In this document: positions 39,414 through 53,505 of the stretch, piece after piece
How positions within the stretch are numbered: the stretch's first letter is position 1
Layout: the number at the start of each line of letters is the position of its first letter
NCBI RefSeq assembly: GCF_964204645.1
Contig: NC_134025.1
Coordinates: 1,736,001 to 1,800,000, forward strand
Length of the DNA stretch: 64,000 bases
DNA from: Tubulanus polymorphus
Taxonomy: Eukaryota > Animalia > Nemertea
Direction: 5' to 3'
Notes under the pieces: model-generated
Told to the model about the DNA's origin: nothing
Seen by the model: only the letters and a program-made list of their open reading frames with translations
Database searches by the model: none
Translations under genes and position numbers: made by a program

Positions 39414-42400
39414 TCAGCTTGCATTATAATGGTTTTACACATGCCTCGTACAGCCACTGCTCGGCTCACCTTAGATAATAATGAAATTGATCCCAATTAA
39501 CATCATTCAGTACTTCATTTGTCGGTCGGTCCCCGCCTAACCACCCATTGATTTTAATACAACTCGCATTTCCCGTTCAATAACGTGAACTTGCGCACAG
39601 CACATGTACTAATGGAGGAGTCTGATGAAATAGTCGGTAACTTTTATAAAATAGAGCGGTGAAATGAAGCATTAGCAGAATAGATGCCTATGCTTATTTA
39701 AAGGACAATCCTCGTGACAAAGAACTATTTAACAACACGGAAGACATCGATCTAATCTACTATGTTTACGTAATATGAATGTTCTTTACAACAAAATAAT
39801 TTGTCCAAACTGCTGCAGACGTAACAGTTCACAGTTAATCCTTCAACAACAGTGAGCCGATAATAATACAGTATTATACACAGAAACACTATCAACAAGT
39901 ACCTTTAAAAGGTTAATTCTTCATACAAAATTCCAATTATTACAACTACATGTATTCAAAGCGACAATTTATCAGACAGAACCTTCAGACGTCGTAAAAA
40001 TTGTCATGAATATGCCCAAAGTTGACCGACTACCGGACTGGATTGAATGGGTATACCTTACAGTAACCACACTTTTAATTCTAACTCAGTTAAGTAGTTA
40101 CATCAATGAAGTTGTTTCTATTTTCAATTCCAATTCAATTTACTAAGTTAAAAGCAACATTAGGATTAGTCTCAACGTAACGATTCTAGCTATGATGACC
40201 TAACTGAGTTCGATTGTTATGACTCAAAAGTTGTGCGAGTTAAGACTCAAGGGGGTAACTGTCATTTGAGAAAAACATGACATATGAAATGTTGTCTAAG
40301 CCGGGACGGTGATATTTCTTACAGTAATAACAAGAGACAATTCTGTTTCAATTTAGCAAAATTCAATATCATATATATTGATACTTCACATTTGCTCGTG
40401 TTACAGGTGGATGGGCGCCACACTAAACGATAAGACATATTCTATAATACAGTATGAATAGTATGACATACAATACTCATTATATCACATGTCACTTAAT
40501 AATGCAGGTATTAATCTACACTGCCTGGACACTTTAACTCCATTCAGACTATTCAATTGATGATCATCTAGACTTAACATGTTTTCAGGGCCTCAATCCA
40601 GAGACTTAGACTGTAAGCGTCCAGCCTTCACATCACTGATGGTGCATGTCCAACCCGCAGATTGATAACTGCATTAAAGCAATCTACACCTTTATAGTGA
40701 AAACCAGTTCTTTAAACATGCTCAAGTGTTACTTCTGTGAAAAAAAACATTCATGACATCAGTGAGGCCATTGCCCTTGCTAAAACATTAAGCTCTATGC
40801 AAATAAAAGGCGTCAAAACAACAGTGTCAATAAACTTTCACCCGTCATGAACAACCCATGATTTGCTGAAACAGGTGATTTTCAAAAATATCAATGAATA
40901 CAACTTCGAATCCATAAAATCAATGCAGTATTAAACTCAAACCATTTGATACTCAATATCACAATTCAACGACCATTATTTCAATAATTCAGCAGTTGAA
41001 TGGAAATACAGGATTCGGAACCCAGTTCTGTCCTCGGCCGTTTAGTTTGACTTAATTTGAATTACCCGGGAAAGATGAGTTCATTATTCAATATCTTAAC
41101 CCGGAATCAGATTTTAACCAGAAAACTTTGGACCGGGTTCTGAGTGAGTGCAGGTACATTTGTGATGAATTTCTACTAGAAAATAGAATAGACTATTTTT
41201 ATTGGCTGGATTTATTTCAGTAGCCTAGCACAATTATATTCTTGTATATACACATATTTCATATAATTCATACTTTCAATGGCAAAAATGATAATTCATG
41301 TTCTTTAAATTCCATGATTTTTCCAAAAACATTCAGTAATTTTCTGAATCAAGTCTGCAAGTCACTGTAGTGTTAGTAATAGGCACAGCATGGCCAGCAT
41401 ACATTATTAACACATATTACATAGAAATAGAAATATAAAAGCCGACATAAAATTCACTAAAATCTTTCAATCTTTTAAAATTATTCATAATATTCATAAC
41501 AGCTATTTACAATATTCAGAATCTTAGATATCTTCTTATTTACAGTAGTTTAAAACATGTTTTTAACAATCATATTTTACAAATAATAACAATAATGTTT
41601 TTTTTTAATGAACAAGTTTCTAACTGACTATATACAAGTATTTATTTACATTAGTCCGTGATTACGTCATTATCTTACCACAAATAATCAATTAATAAAA
41701 TCTGATGCTTCGTTTGAAAGATCGCATTTCAGGATTGAAACAAAGTTAGAAGTGGAGCTAAACCAGCCTCAGATATAACGATTCATCGGAACCTAGAATT
41801 TCATCCGTAATTCGATAATTTCATACTGAACTATCGGATAAAACAAAAACATTTTTTTCTGGTCCTCTGAAGTTTTGTTGTATACAGGTAAAATGTGATT
41901 CAATCGTTTCCAGACATGTGGCCATGAGAATTCCATTCTATCGTTTGCTTGAACAATTTTAAAGGTTAATCCGTAGTGGGGCTGTAAAGAGCGTGTCCCA
42001 GTAGTGACCACCCTGGCAAATCACTCATGGGTAAAGGCTAAAAGGCATATGACCTAAAGACAGCGTGAGCTATACATATACAGACCAATGTAATAATCAT
42101 ACATAAAACTAGGGGATTATTGCATTTAGTAGATTATACATGCACCATATATATGGAAATAAGGGTAGGGTAAAGGGCACATTGAATATCATTTAAGATA
42201 CGCTTTAAAATCATCCATTTCTTCACCAAAATAAACAAATAAAGTGCTTGCCTTTTTTCATAAAAATATAAAATACAGAGAAAAAATTTCATTTGAAAAG
42301 AAAGAAGATTTTTAAAAAGTCTAAAACAGGGATTGCAAATTGAATGGATCAGCATGAGAAGGCTGACATAATTCACTGCTGCAGCAACATCAAATCTTGT

Positions 42401-43889
42401 TTATCATATCAATTCTTATCACTAGGCAATTTGCGGATGCGTCCAGGTTTATACATAGGACGCCAGCTAACTAACTGAGAATAGCGATAATCATAATGAA
42501 ATAGCACGTAGACAATAACAATTCATATGAGTTCGATGAGAAACTATTTTATAGATCGACTACAGATTACACTGCACTATATAACTGAAGAGCTCTCTAA
42601 AAACTCGGCAAATATTCGCAACCAACGGCTTTTTAAAAAACTCATTCCTATTCAATTTCATTACAGTTAGTCGAACCATGTATTATTATCACTTATAGAA
42701 GGTTCGCCTCAGATAATCAATAGAAGCAGCCAGGTGCATACAAAGTTCCGTATAACTAATGCAATACTTATTTCAATAGCCCGGGCCATGTATTAACAGT
42801 TATATAATGTGGAACAAACCGTAAAAATAAACTCAATATTCCTTGTATATGTAGGGCTATTGTAAATATGTCTCATCCTACATCACGGCTGCCTGTGTCT
42901 ATGTACTTTAAACTGTACTTACATTTGAACAAATAGGGACATTAAGACCCAATTCTACAGTAAAGTGTCATTTTTCATACGTAAAAAATCTCACCACTTC
43001 TTCGCATATATACATTGTACATGGGTTGAAAATTTGCTACTAATTAAAAATGGCCCTCAATACCTAACAGTAAGTCAAATTTAATCAAGAGGTTAAATGT
43101 ACGCATATTTCTTGACCACAAACGATTCTTCGGTTTTTACATAAAACGTAATAAATCTGTCAGAAAACGATCGAGCGCGAATGAATTGAAAATCTAAAAG
43201 ACAAGTGCGACAAAAGATTGAATTGAATTCCCAGGCGCAGCGAGCGAGCGAGCACCGCACGATTATGAATAGTAACTATGAATAGGGTTGATTTTTTATA
43301 TACATGTATTCAGCAGCAGTGCGCTGTGGTGCTACACAACATGTGTCTGTGTGTATATGCAGAAACAGACTGAGATATTTTTTCACTCATCAGAGGATTC
43401 AACGCGGCGGCACAGCACCTCGTACAGCACTATCTATCCTCCTCGCCAGCTAGCACAACTCTATACCGTCCTCATTAAACACGGTCTATGTGACGACATA
43501 CGACACAGATATAATTTCTACTCTTACGTCATTCATAAGAATACTATTTACACAGTGGACTCAGGTGCCGATCCCCGGTGCCGATCCGGGGGTCTTTTGT
43601 TTCGAGTTGCCCTTTACCTAATAAACTGCTAACTTTTTACTGCCTTATCATATGGTATCTTATAAACTGCTCTTGTATTATTGGGAGGATCAGGAAAAGT
43701 CTTCTACTGAAAAATTATGTCTAATGCATCTAACCCATCGACCAATTTTTTAGGCGGCGCCTAAATCGCTTATACGCCTCCAAAACGAACAAAAATGTCC
43801 CTTTAATGTGTCATAAGATCTACAAAATTAGTCCCTAAATCTACCTGACTATGACTACCATTCTCGTTCCCCAAATTACTTTCAAAATC

Positions 43890-44000
43890 AAATCCGTCCA
43901 ATCCGAACAGACATGTGGATCCGTCGGATCCGAACAGACATGTGGATCCGTCGGATCCAAACACACATGTGGATCCCGCAGATCTGGACACACATAGATT
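43890..44000. repeat. 27-bp tandem repeat (ggatccgtcggatccgaacagacatgt), about 4 decaying copies
   Basis: Seen directly; lies in a probable TE-derived block at about 43550-44600. Confidence 0.8.
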
Positions 44001-45441
44001 TCTCAGATCACTCGGACCCAAAAGTTCCGCTCTCACTTCAAATTTGTGCATTCGTTCGTCTGCTACAGTTGCCATGGAAACATTATACTGGCACAGTTTT
44101 TCTGCGAATAAGGTTTCAAAGAATTCTGACTGTAAATTACTCTTTACGCGTTCTTGACGGCCTCGAAGCAAAGACCGACAATGTCGTCTCGAGACATCAG
44201 TGACGCTCTTTCTCTCTCTCCATCCTCTATCATCACTAACTGACATAAAAATCCCAGCAAGCAAAAAACGTTTAAACATATGGTGGCCGATTCGGGCCTC
44301 ACCAAAATTTTTTACCAAGGAAAATCCGAAAACAAATTTGATAGCAAAAAAATTAATATTAGCGCGACGATCATTTCTTCAACAATCATTCTTACAAATA
44401 TTTCTCGCGCTAAATTTTTTGTTTTCGCATTTCTTGCGCTCTAAAAAATTTCAGCGCGGCCTAAATCAGCCCCACATTAAATACTGTGATTTCACCTCGA
44501 AAAATCAACATAAAAAATCTCTGACCACATTGACTCTCGAAAAAATAATTTTCTCACAACGCATTTTCCGATCCTTAACATTCGCTCAACTCTTCTGACC
44601 AATTTATCTTGACCGAGTTTACTGGATATCTATCCCTGAAATTTTGTAATGGAAATTTGGTATGTGTGAATCAATGCCCATATTACTGAACCATTCATTT
44701 ATAGGCTACAGAGCTTACAATACATGTAATAGCTCTATAGATGAATTCATTATTAAACCATAGAATACATTAATATGAAATCAAATTCATCATCATCTTC
44801 AAAATACCATCAGGTATCTTCATTATGGATAACACAAATAAAAGCAGTCGCATGTACATACAGTATGGTACCGGTACCTGACAGCACCTGATCATACTAA
44901 CAACTCTAGCAACACTGCTATCAACTGAATACATGCTGAATAATTTCAGTGCAGGTTCTCCATTCCCTTCATTGTGTAGCTGGCTAATTTTATGGACGTA
45001 TTCAAAAAGGTGATGATTCAAAAATAGGCAAAATGTTAAAGCTCATTTTGTTAAACATTCCTATTGACCTCATTGAATTATGAGAAAATGCTAAATTCTC
45101 CCATCTTGAAGATTGAAAACCTAGTTCAATTAGTCTGCAATGATTTATTTAACCTAGTTCAATCAGTCTTCGATAGAAACGCATTAATTAAACCTAGTTC
45201 GATATGTCGTCCTATAGAAACAGATTCTGCGAACTAATGAGCATTACCAGTTCAACAGTTCATACCAACACTAATCAATACTCGCTTTTTATGCTGATGA
45301 TAATTTCCAAATGTTTTGAAAGAGTTTGTGGCTGATAATATCATTATCAACTATTATAGCACATTATAACACTGACATGACGTATCATAGAATTAGAAAT
45401 CAACTCGGTAACGATAACAATTGAACTATGATAACCCGTTT

Positions 45442-48400
45442 TCAATGTACGAGACCGTTCGACGATTGCCCGATGCTGTCGAATTCACAATTCAAGCTGC
45501 CCTCTACGTTTAACTCGTGTTTTATCACTTGATCGATGTCGCAATCGAAATCTTCAAACGTATCCAGTGAGAAATCTAAATCTTGCGGAATACCGGAAGA
45601 ATAGTTTATCTGTTGTTGTTGTTGTTGTGAGACTTGTTGTTGTAATTGTTGCGGTTGTCCAGTCGTTGTTGGTAACATCGTGAATTGTTGGTTGTCCATG
45701 TTTAAGACGGTCTGTTGTTGAAGCGCGGCCATCTTTTGAGTAGTTAAGGCAGTGCGTAGAATAGAACTATCGGGAGGTCCGCTCAGTAAACTGATATTGT
45801 GTCTCGCCGCTGTTAGTTGCGAACGTAACGCCTGTAATTGTTGTAAACGTTGATCTCTTCTGATCAACGTCGCGTTATTCAACATTTGTTGCTGGTTCAT
45901 CGAAACCGGGACGTTATTCAAACAGGTGGCGCCACCGTCGTCCTGTATCTCCATATCGCCGCTATCGATCATTGTCAGATCCGTATCGTCCATCAGATTG
46001 ACCATACCCATATTACCGGCCGTTGCCGAGCTGGTCATCGTACACGTACCTCCGGCCATGTTTATCATTTGTCGCGGAGGACTACAGTTAATCTGGTTTG
46101 GATAAGGCGGGGGCGGGGGTAACGCGAATGAATTATCGTAATCTTGTTGTAAGCCGGCGTACGGACTGTTCGTGCGATTGTAACAACTGTTGTCGAACTG
46201 CGACGCGATGTTGCGTGACGTTTGTTGTTGTAGAATATGAGGTTGAGGAATCGAAGTCGGACTGCAGGAATTAGTCGCGCGCGCCGCGTTTGAATCGATC
46301 AGATTACAGTCGTCTATAACCGTGCAATCGGCTAGTTTAACGATATCGGCTAAACTATCGGTCAGGTGATCCGTAAACTGATCCGTAACCGACGAATAGG
46401 GAGTACCGAGACTCGTACGACTCGTCAGTTCGTTCTGCCACGGGATCGGCGATATAGACGGTACCTGGTTGTCATGGAGATCCGGCTCCATTGTTGAATG
46501 TATGGGCGACAGTCGGCCGCAGCTGCTGGCGTTAGAACTGGTTCGAGGTCGGAAATCGGGGCTCAGTTGGAAACTGTGCAGAGCCGATGTTTCTAGCAGA
46601 TCTCCCGCGCTATCGGACAGCGTAGACGTCGGACTCGAGTGGTTCCCTTCCAGAGCCGCTCGCATCGCTTCGACTTTCTTTTTAACGCGGCCGCGCTTTT
46701 TTTCGTAGGTTTTTGTGTCCATGCTGGTCGCTCGTCGTCGCGGTGATTTACCAGGTTTCGCGTCCGGATTCAGAATCCACCAGGAACTCTTACCGGTTCC
46801 TTCGTTTTGTATGCGCATGAAACGATTGTGTAACGACAGATTGTGTCGGATCGAATTCTGAAATTATACAAAATGTCGATATTTCAAATTTTTGAAATCA
46901 GATACAGTAGAACTAACACTCGCTTAATTCAGATTTTTCTATACGGATTTTCAATTAATTCCGATGAAATATTTAGTCCATTTAATCCGGAAACTATTAT
47001 TCATGATTCCGATTTTACTTAATTCGAAGAAGTCTACGCGCAGTCCCTAGTCATCCGAATTAAGTGAGTTTTACTGAAAATACATTCAATCTCAGGTAAT
47101 TCATCACCGGATAAATCGTCACGTTACTGAATTCATCCTTATTTTCGAATTCCAGTCGAACTTACTTCAGTCATCATAATACTTCAGTCATCATAAATGG
47201 GACGATCATTACGTCGATGACTTAAATTCAAATGACTTGCAAATATGAGAATGGAAGTAATTTGAATCGCAAATTGAGACTTGAAAATAGAGAAGACTTC
47301 GGTAGTGTGACAAATTTTCCTAACGTGATTTCAACTAAATTTCCAATTCAATTAACAAGTAGTCATTTGGATCGTCATTTTAATCAGTTTCATCCAGTAA
47401 ATCTTAAAACTGTTGACATGAAAACCTACAATCTTCATTTCTCCAAAATGTAGGTGAAAATGATTTCCATAAATTTATGGGTTTTTAAAAAAACAATACT
47501 ATCTTGAATTGATAATATATGCAAGTTGATAAATAGAACATGAACCAATACTAAACCAACTCTCAATATACCATAACGATAAGAAAATCAAGTCCGAAAT
47601 ACTTGGATTAATTACACATAAAATATGTCACGAAGTATCACCATAGCTACGACGACAGTCTATTAGCAATATCTGCTTCATGACTATCGCCACTAATATT
47701 GCATTAAACCCTTTAAACAGATTGAAATAAGATAAAAGTTGGACGTTGAATATTGAAATACATCACTCCCAGGGTCGGGCAAACCAAAAGTGCGGAACCA
47801 AAACTAAATAGCTCTTAATTCTGAGGTATCTCAGCATCTCTTAGTAGTAAATTGACTAGTAGTGCATCTAGTTGGACCAGTGATAACAGATGATTTAAAG
47901 ATGTGGGTGAACGTACAGCATTAATTTGGTCCATTTCAGGTATTGGCTTAAGGGGTCATTCATTTATTACATAGCATTGGGGGAGGGGTCAGTGCAATTG
48001 TGTACTGTAATGCTTAATTTATATGAAAAATGGCCGATTTTGCGTACAGAGGGGGAAAGGGGGTTGAAAAATTCAAATATTATGCATACGTAATAAATGA
48101 ATGATCCCTAATTAGAATAGACTGACTAGTGATAGCGTGAACGTAGCTTTATACACATGTGAGGTCAGGATCCACCATCCCCATCATGAACAGAGTTGGG
48201 GTCAATACCAGCTTCCCATTTGTGGCAATTTTGGAGCATGCATGCAGAGACTGAATTTGGGTCGAAAGCTCTGGTGGGCATTCTCAAAAAATGTTTCGAA
48301 ATTATTTTTTCAACATTTTCAAACTTTGTCACTAAACCGTTGGAATTCTCTCTCTTTCCTAAGATGAAATATAAGTTAGTCATCTGAGATTTACTGATTC

Positions 48401-49380
48401 TTAGTGATAACTACAAAGTGCTAATCAATCAATCATACCATAACGTGATATTAGTACCTTTCCATAGTGTGCCTTATTAGGAATTATCACCTTTATTGCG
48501 AATCAGTAGATACCCCCCATGAAGATACCAATTCACGCATAGGTGATATTAGCCTACATCTTGTTCTGTTTAACAGAAATCAATCCAAAGATCATCAAAA
48601 TTTTGCGCAAAATAATTTCTATAGGCCTACGTACAGATGGTGTCTGTAGAGAAATCTCTTTTACCCATGATTAAATTAGGCTGAATCTTTTTAGTTTTTA
48701 TTGTCATAACATGTTCATCAGGTTTGAATAATGGAATTTTCGGGTCAAGTACAATAATCAATAGAACTTTTTAATGATTCCAATAAAAGTTTGACTAATG
48801 CCACATGTAGGTAGGCTATAGGCCTATGACAGGCTATGGCTTGTCAAACCTTTATTGGATTCATTTCAAAATTGCTCACTTATAAATGTAAAATGATTTG
48901 TCTCTATCAAACTGAGCAGTATCATATCCAGTTCCAGGCCACAAATTGTTGCTCAAAAGTTGGTTAAAGATAACCAGTGGATAAATACCATAGTTACAAT
49001 GAACTTTTAATTGACACTATATCAATTTAATTGTCCATTTGGTTAACTCTAACCAACTTCAGAGCAACTGGCCCCAGAAGTTTTGATCACAGGGACCAAG
49101 ATATCAAAGATATTTGGATATAGTAGAACCTGTTCAATTCAGATCATTTGACACCGATGAAATTAATCGAGCTTATGAGAGATCACATTTTACAAGACTG
49201 TAGTAGGTGAACCATTGATATGAATAGTGGAATTATACTGATCCTGAGGGTACAATGTTTGAGAGCCCTCCTGTTTTCTGATATTGGATATTTGGTAGAG
49301 CATCAATTATTCTATAAGTCGATTTGTGGTTTGTTAAATAATATAAATAAAACCATTATGCCTATATAGGCTAGTGTGAC

Positions 49381-49422
<42 letters not shown>

Positions 49423-49825
49423 AACTAACCTTCCACCCGGCTGAACTGTTACTGTCGCCCTTATCCTTAAAATACGGTACATTTTGGACCATCCAATCGT
49501 AGATTTGTGACAAAGTCAGCCTCTGTTCTGGAGAACTTTGAATGGCTTTCGTTATTAGATCGGCATAACTCAAATTTCCCCATGCATTTCTCCTCGATGA
49601 ACCTTTAGTTTTCTGTTGAACTGCAGTCGTCGACGAAGGGCTATTCGCTATGGGTTCCTTACAATCCCCGCTTTCATCAGTGACAGTCACTGATACTGGC
49701 TGGTCCCCGGGCGTATTTTCAGCCGATGGTACAGCATCTTCCCTTCTTATCGCTGGCCATGTGTTAGAACGAGCTCGCGTTTGAGGCTCGAAATTTGGGT
49801 CGATCTCTAACTCCGGTACGTCCAT
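45442..49825 (-). CDS. FoxO: Forkhead box O transcription factor, 2 coding exons, about 603 aa
   Basis: Exon 1 49825-49430 (RARSNTWP Akt site; [18 protein letters not shown]...SSAGWK). Exon 2 46857-45442 ([27 protein letters not shown]; RRRATS and RPRTSS Akt sites; C-terminal [13 protein letters not shown] transactivation motif). Confidence 0.97.
46905..47076. mobile_element. Tc1/mariner-like MITE in the FoxO intron
   Basis: ta|cagtagaact...cgcttaattc and gaattaagtgagttttactg form imperfect TIRs beginning CAGT. Confidence 0.55.
47952..48108. mobile_element. PIF/Harbinger-type MITE, copy 2 (FoxO intron)
   Basis: Same TIR and body as 39257-39413; TSD TAA. Confidence 0.88.
48935..49077. mobile_element. 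Foldback MITE-like element in the FoxO intron
   Basis: gttgctcaaaagttggttaaagataacca ... tggttaactctaaccaacttcagagcaac are imperfect inverted arms. Confidence 0.55.
49381..49422. repeat. (GAT)n microsatellite at the 5' end of the FoxO intron
   Basis: Seen directly; intronic, 7 nt after the donor. Confidence 0.9.
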
Positions 49826-51829
49826 GATTATTAATATATAACAATATTAATATTAATATATATCTCCCGATGATTCGATGATTGAACACTAACACAACTC
49901 TAGTCACAATTTACATCCTTTAAAAACCATATCCTATCCGTATAATGTTGGTAAAGCTCGTCATTATTCCTACTGACTGACTGTGATATAGAGAGAGTAG
50001 TAGTGCAGTGTATATGCACGGTGTGGTGTTGGTGGGTACTTCACTATGAGTGACGTCGAGCTGTACATAATACATGTGTGCAGATCTGACCTGGTTACAT
50101 ACACTAGATGTAGGTTAAACTAGAACTCGTTTTCCAAATCGATATATTTAACAGACAAGATATAATCTTTGAAACGATTGTATATCATCAAATGTAAATC
50201 AAAATTGTGAATTAATAACGATAAATAGCCCTATTCAAAGAACGGTTAAATTTACTGAATTAGGAAGGCTCCAAATGAATAATCTGAGATATTGGAATTT
50301 TAGGGTTTCGCATCTCTCTTTATATCTAGTCATTGCGCATGTTTAAAGGTTTTATTCCATTACATGGCCTATATTTATTACAATATTTCGTTTATGGTTT
50401 ATGGTAAATAAAGAATTTAATTTGATTGAATTACTGCATATGTGTCAGTGCATATCACTGAGAAATGTGCAGCACAATCAAAAGAACCCTGAATAAATAT
50501 AATACAAAATAAATGGGGCTCGTAATAGATTAGTCTATTCTTAAAACGATTTCCAAATAGAATAGTGGACCGGTATTTTTAGGAGAGGTCAATGGTGGTG
50601 TTGGGCAGGAACCAGTTCACCAATATACTTCAATATGAACACACAGACACTACTGCCAGCACTGCGTGGAATGGGCATCATCAGGAATCCAGGGCAGATT
50701 AGTGATTGAAAAAAGGGTAAACTGAAGATAAACTGAAGATGAACCCTGAAACGAAGACCAAAGTGAAGGAAAAATAGGAAGTTCAAGGAAACTATGATTA
50801 CTAAACAGTTTTGCCATTTTGTGCGATCACAGTGGAGTTCATCACCCAGAAGCAGTTCGAGTACCAGTGTCCAAGCTATCACTACTATACTGCACAACAC
50901 ACCCATTTATTATTAGGTTCATACTGTGTGTATAATCAAGCCATATAAAGAAGGGTTGACCTCGGGTTATCGCACAGATTCATTTCATAAACACAGGACA
51001 ACTATATCCATTATTTATTCATTATCTACATCCTACTAACTGCTACACATATATCACGAACACACGTGTCTATAATTTTCAAGAGAAATCCCAATTAAAT
51101 GCTACCTCATTGCCTAACTAAACGCACATCATTAGCTAATTGCATTTCACTTAGTCATCATAAAAGATCCTTTGATTTTCATCAGAGTTTCTTCCAGAAC
51201 TTTACGCAAAAGACGTTCTTTCATTTGGTATTCATAGACAGTCACTAAATCCCTCAACAAAAAATAAATCATTCACAAATTTAAGCTTATTGACCTTTAT
51301 GTCTATCCGATATCAATGTCATCTTCAGGAATACTTTTTGGACGACTATTAGGATATAAAGCGGTACATTGCAATTCTTTTAATGCCACTGCTCATCTTT
51401 GCCCAATCTAACTCAAATTCAATGAAAATACCATTCTTAAAGATGACAAATTCGCCTTAAATTCCATGTTTTTTAATGGTCCCGGCAACAATAAATGACC
51501 TTTCCTGTAATTCAATCATCAAATCGAATATCAGCTGAAGGAAATATTCCGAACACTATTTTCATTTCTTATTGTGGGATTTCATATTATTATCACAACA
51601 CGAACTCGGGTTATTTATAGACAGTATTCAGGTGCAGTTACTACTCGTGATAAACTCGTTGCGACAATGACGCACTTATATTAGATGTTGCTGTAAGAAT
51701 TTGTATCAATGCTGTATACTTATCACCGGACGGAAGCCTAAAATATTAAAAGCAACAAAAATTACTTTCCATCAGTCATAATGATAATAAGTTCATTTTT
51801 CCCGCATCAGACTTTCTTTTTCATCTTAC

Positions 51830-52746
51830 CTTTTCTCCTCATTTTCTTTCATCTTCATCTCGTTGTTATCTGAAAAAATTACGATGACACACTTGAATGA
51901 TTAACACCTGCATTTAGGCCTAATTAATCTAAATTAATTTGCATGAAATGAAAGTAGGTCTTACCGCCTTCTAAAGAACATCCACCAGTACAGCACTGAC
52001 TTAACTGAAATAGGAAATACGGACGAATTAGTTGAAATGTTCCTCAGCTTTTTAACCAGATCCAGAGTTCTTTATAGATTTCATGGAGTTGAAACTAATT
52101 CATCAAATCTTTCAAGGCTTCATTTATTAAATAGGGAGTAAGTTTTTTAGGTTACTAGACTCTCTTCATTTTCCACATCAGAGTTTAGTTTCGCAGCTTG
52201 CCTTTCATTTATATTTCTGAATCAGATGAAATATTACATTAATGGCGAAATTAGAAATTTCTTGTGTTACTTATGGGGATAGTTTCATTTCAATCTTATG
52301 TATCCAAACAAAAATCTAGTACCCTCGAGTTACCAGGATCCTGCATCCAGGATGCAGATCCTCAACTTACTGGCGTTCTCATTGTTATATTCAACAATTC
52401 CTGGAAACTTGATTTTGTTTCATCTAAAATCGAGTCAACTGAATTCTTAAACGTGTCCAATTCAAGGTACATCTTTTGTCGTAGAAATTCATCTGAAAAA
52501 ACGTTAAAAATTCTTCGAACTTTATTTATCAGAGTTTGAATTCACACTTTTTTGTTGTGATTTGACCTTACGTAAATGACAAAAAACTTTATCAGTTGTA
52601 AGATCGCAGTTAGTGAATGGGTCATCTAAACCACTAACACCGACTACATCAGGTTGAGATGAATTAGTTTCTGAAGTTCCTGATGAACTGTAAACTTCCT
52701 CTCTGACTATTCTGTAGGGTTGATAATCAAGGGGTTCTTCGTCCAT
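51830..52746 (-). CDS. Small uncharacterised spliced gene
   Basis: MDEEPLDYQPYRIVREE...DKVFCHL joins in phase to HEFLRQKMYLELDTFKNSVDSILDETK. Further AG/GT-bounded mini-exons lie at about 52216, 52004 and 51869; downstream phases are not fully resolved. Confidence 0.45.
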
Positions 52747-52865
52747 TCTTTCTGAAAATGAAAAAAGGCAACACAATCAGCAGTGCCTTGCCTTGTACAC
52801 AGTGTCGGACCTCCCAAAGGACCGACTGTGTGGACGTGGAGTGCCGAGTCAACATCCACATCTGT

Positions 52866-52981
52866 ACGAGAGAAATCCCACAATAACGAAGCTAAGATTG
52901 AAAAATTCTATATCAGAATGATTGTATATTCTGATATAGAATTTTTCAATCTTGGCTTTGTTATTGTGGGATTTCTCTCGT
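52866..52981. repeat. 54-bp-arm inverted repeat (hairpin), 8-nt loop
   Basis: Arms 52866-52919 and 52928-52981; two mismatches. Confidence 0.95.
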
Positions 52982-53505
52982 CATCATCATACACGGATAT
53001 TGTGTATCTTCTCGTCTAATCTAGATCTGTAGACTATACGTCACTGGTCAGTGGTGTGTCGGTGTGACGACTTTTGACATTTGTCATTTGAGAGTATCAC
53101 TGACTGTATGGACGGTTCGGGTTGGACATGGAGCAAATAAACCGACTCAAAGATTATCTCGGTATTTTACTACTAAACTCATCGTGATATACTAATCAAA
53201 TTAACAACATACCTACTTAATGCAGACAGAAAGCACCCTAAAATATGAGGAAAAAACAAAACTGCATTTCAAAAATTTGCCAGATTCCACGCGACCTTCG
53301 TACTTGACAACCAATCCCTAGTATATTGGATTTAACACCAACCTTTCTGAGCGTATGCACCAGTTCAGTTCGAATCCCGTTAACCACTTCAGCGTCTCAT
53401 TAAATGGTCTTTTACCGCCTAGGAATCGTAACGCTTGCTCAAAACTTCGACGTGTAATTCTAAACGAGTTACTCCGATAGGTTTTTGGCCGAATAAACCG
53501 AAAGA

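Noticed and set aside
49334-49429. Poly-His tail on the FoxO exon 1 ORF
   Set aside because: It lies after the conserved WK|NS splice donor; it is an intronic (GAT)n microsatellite.
50589-50906. 105-aa hydrophobic minus-strand ORF
   Set aside because: No recognisable motif or splice link; consistent with chance.
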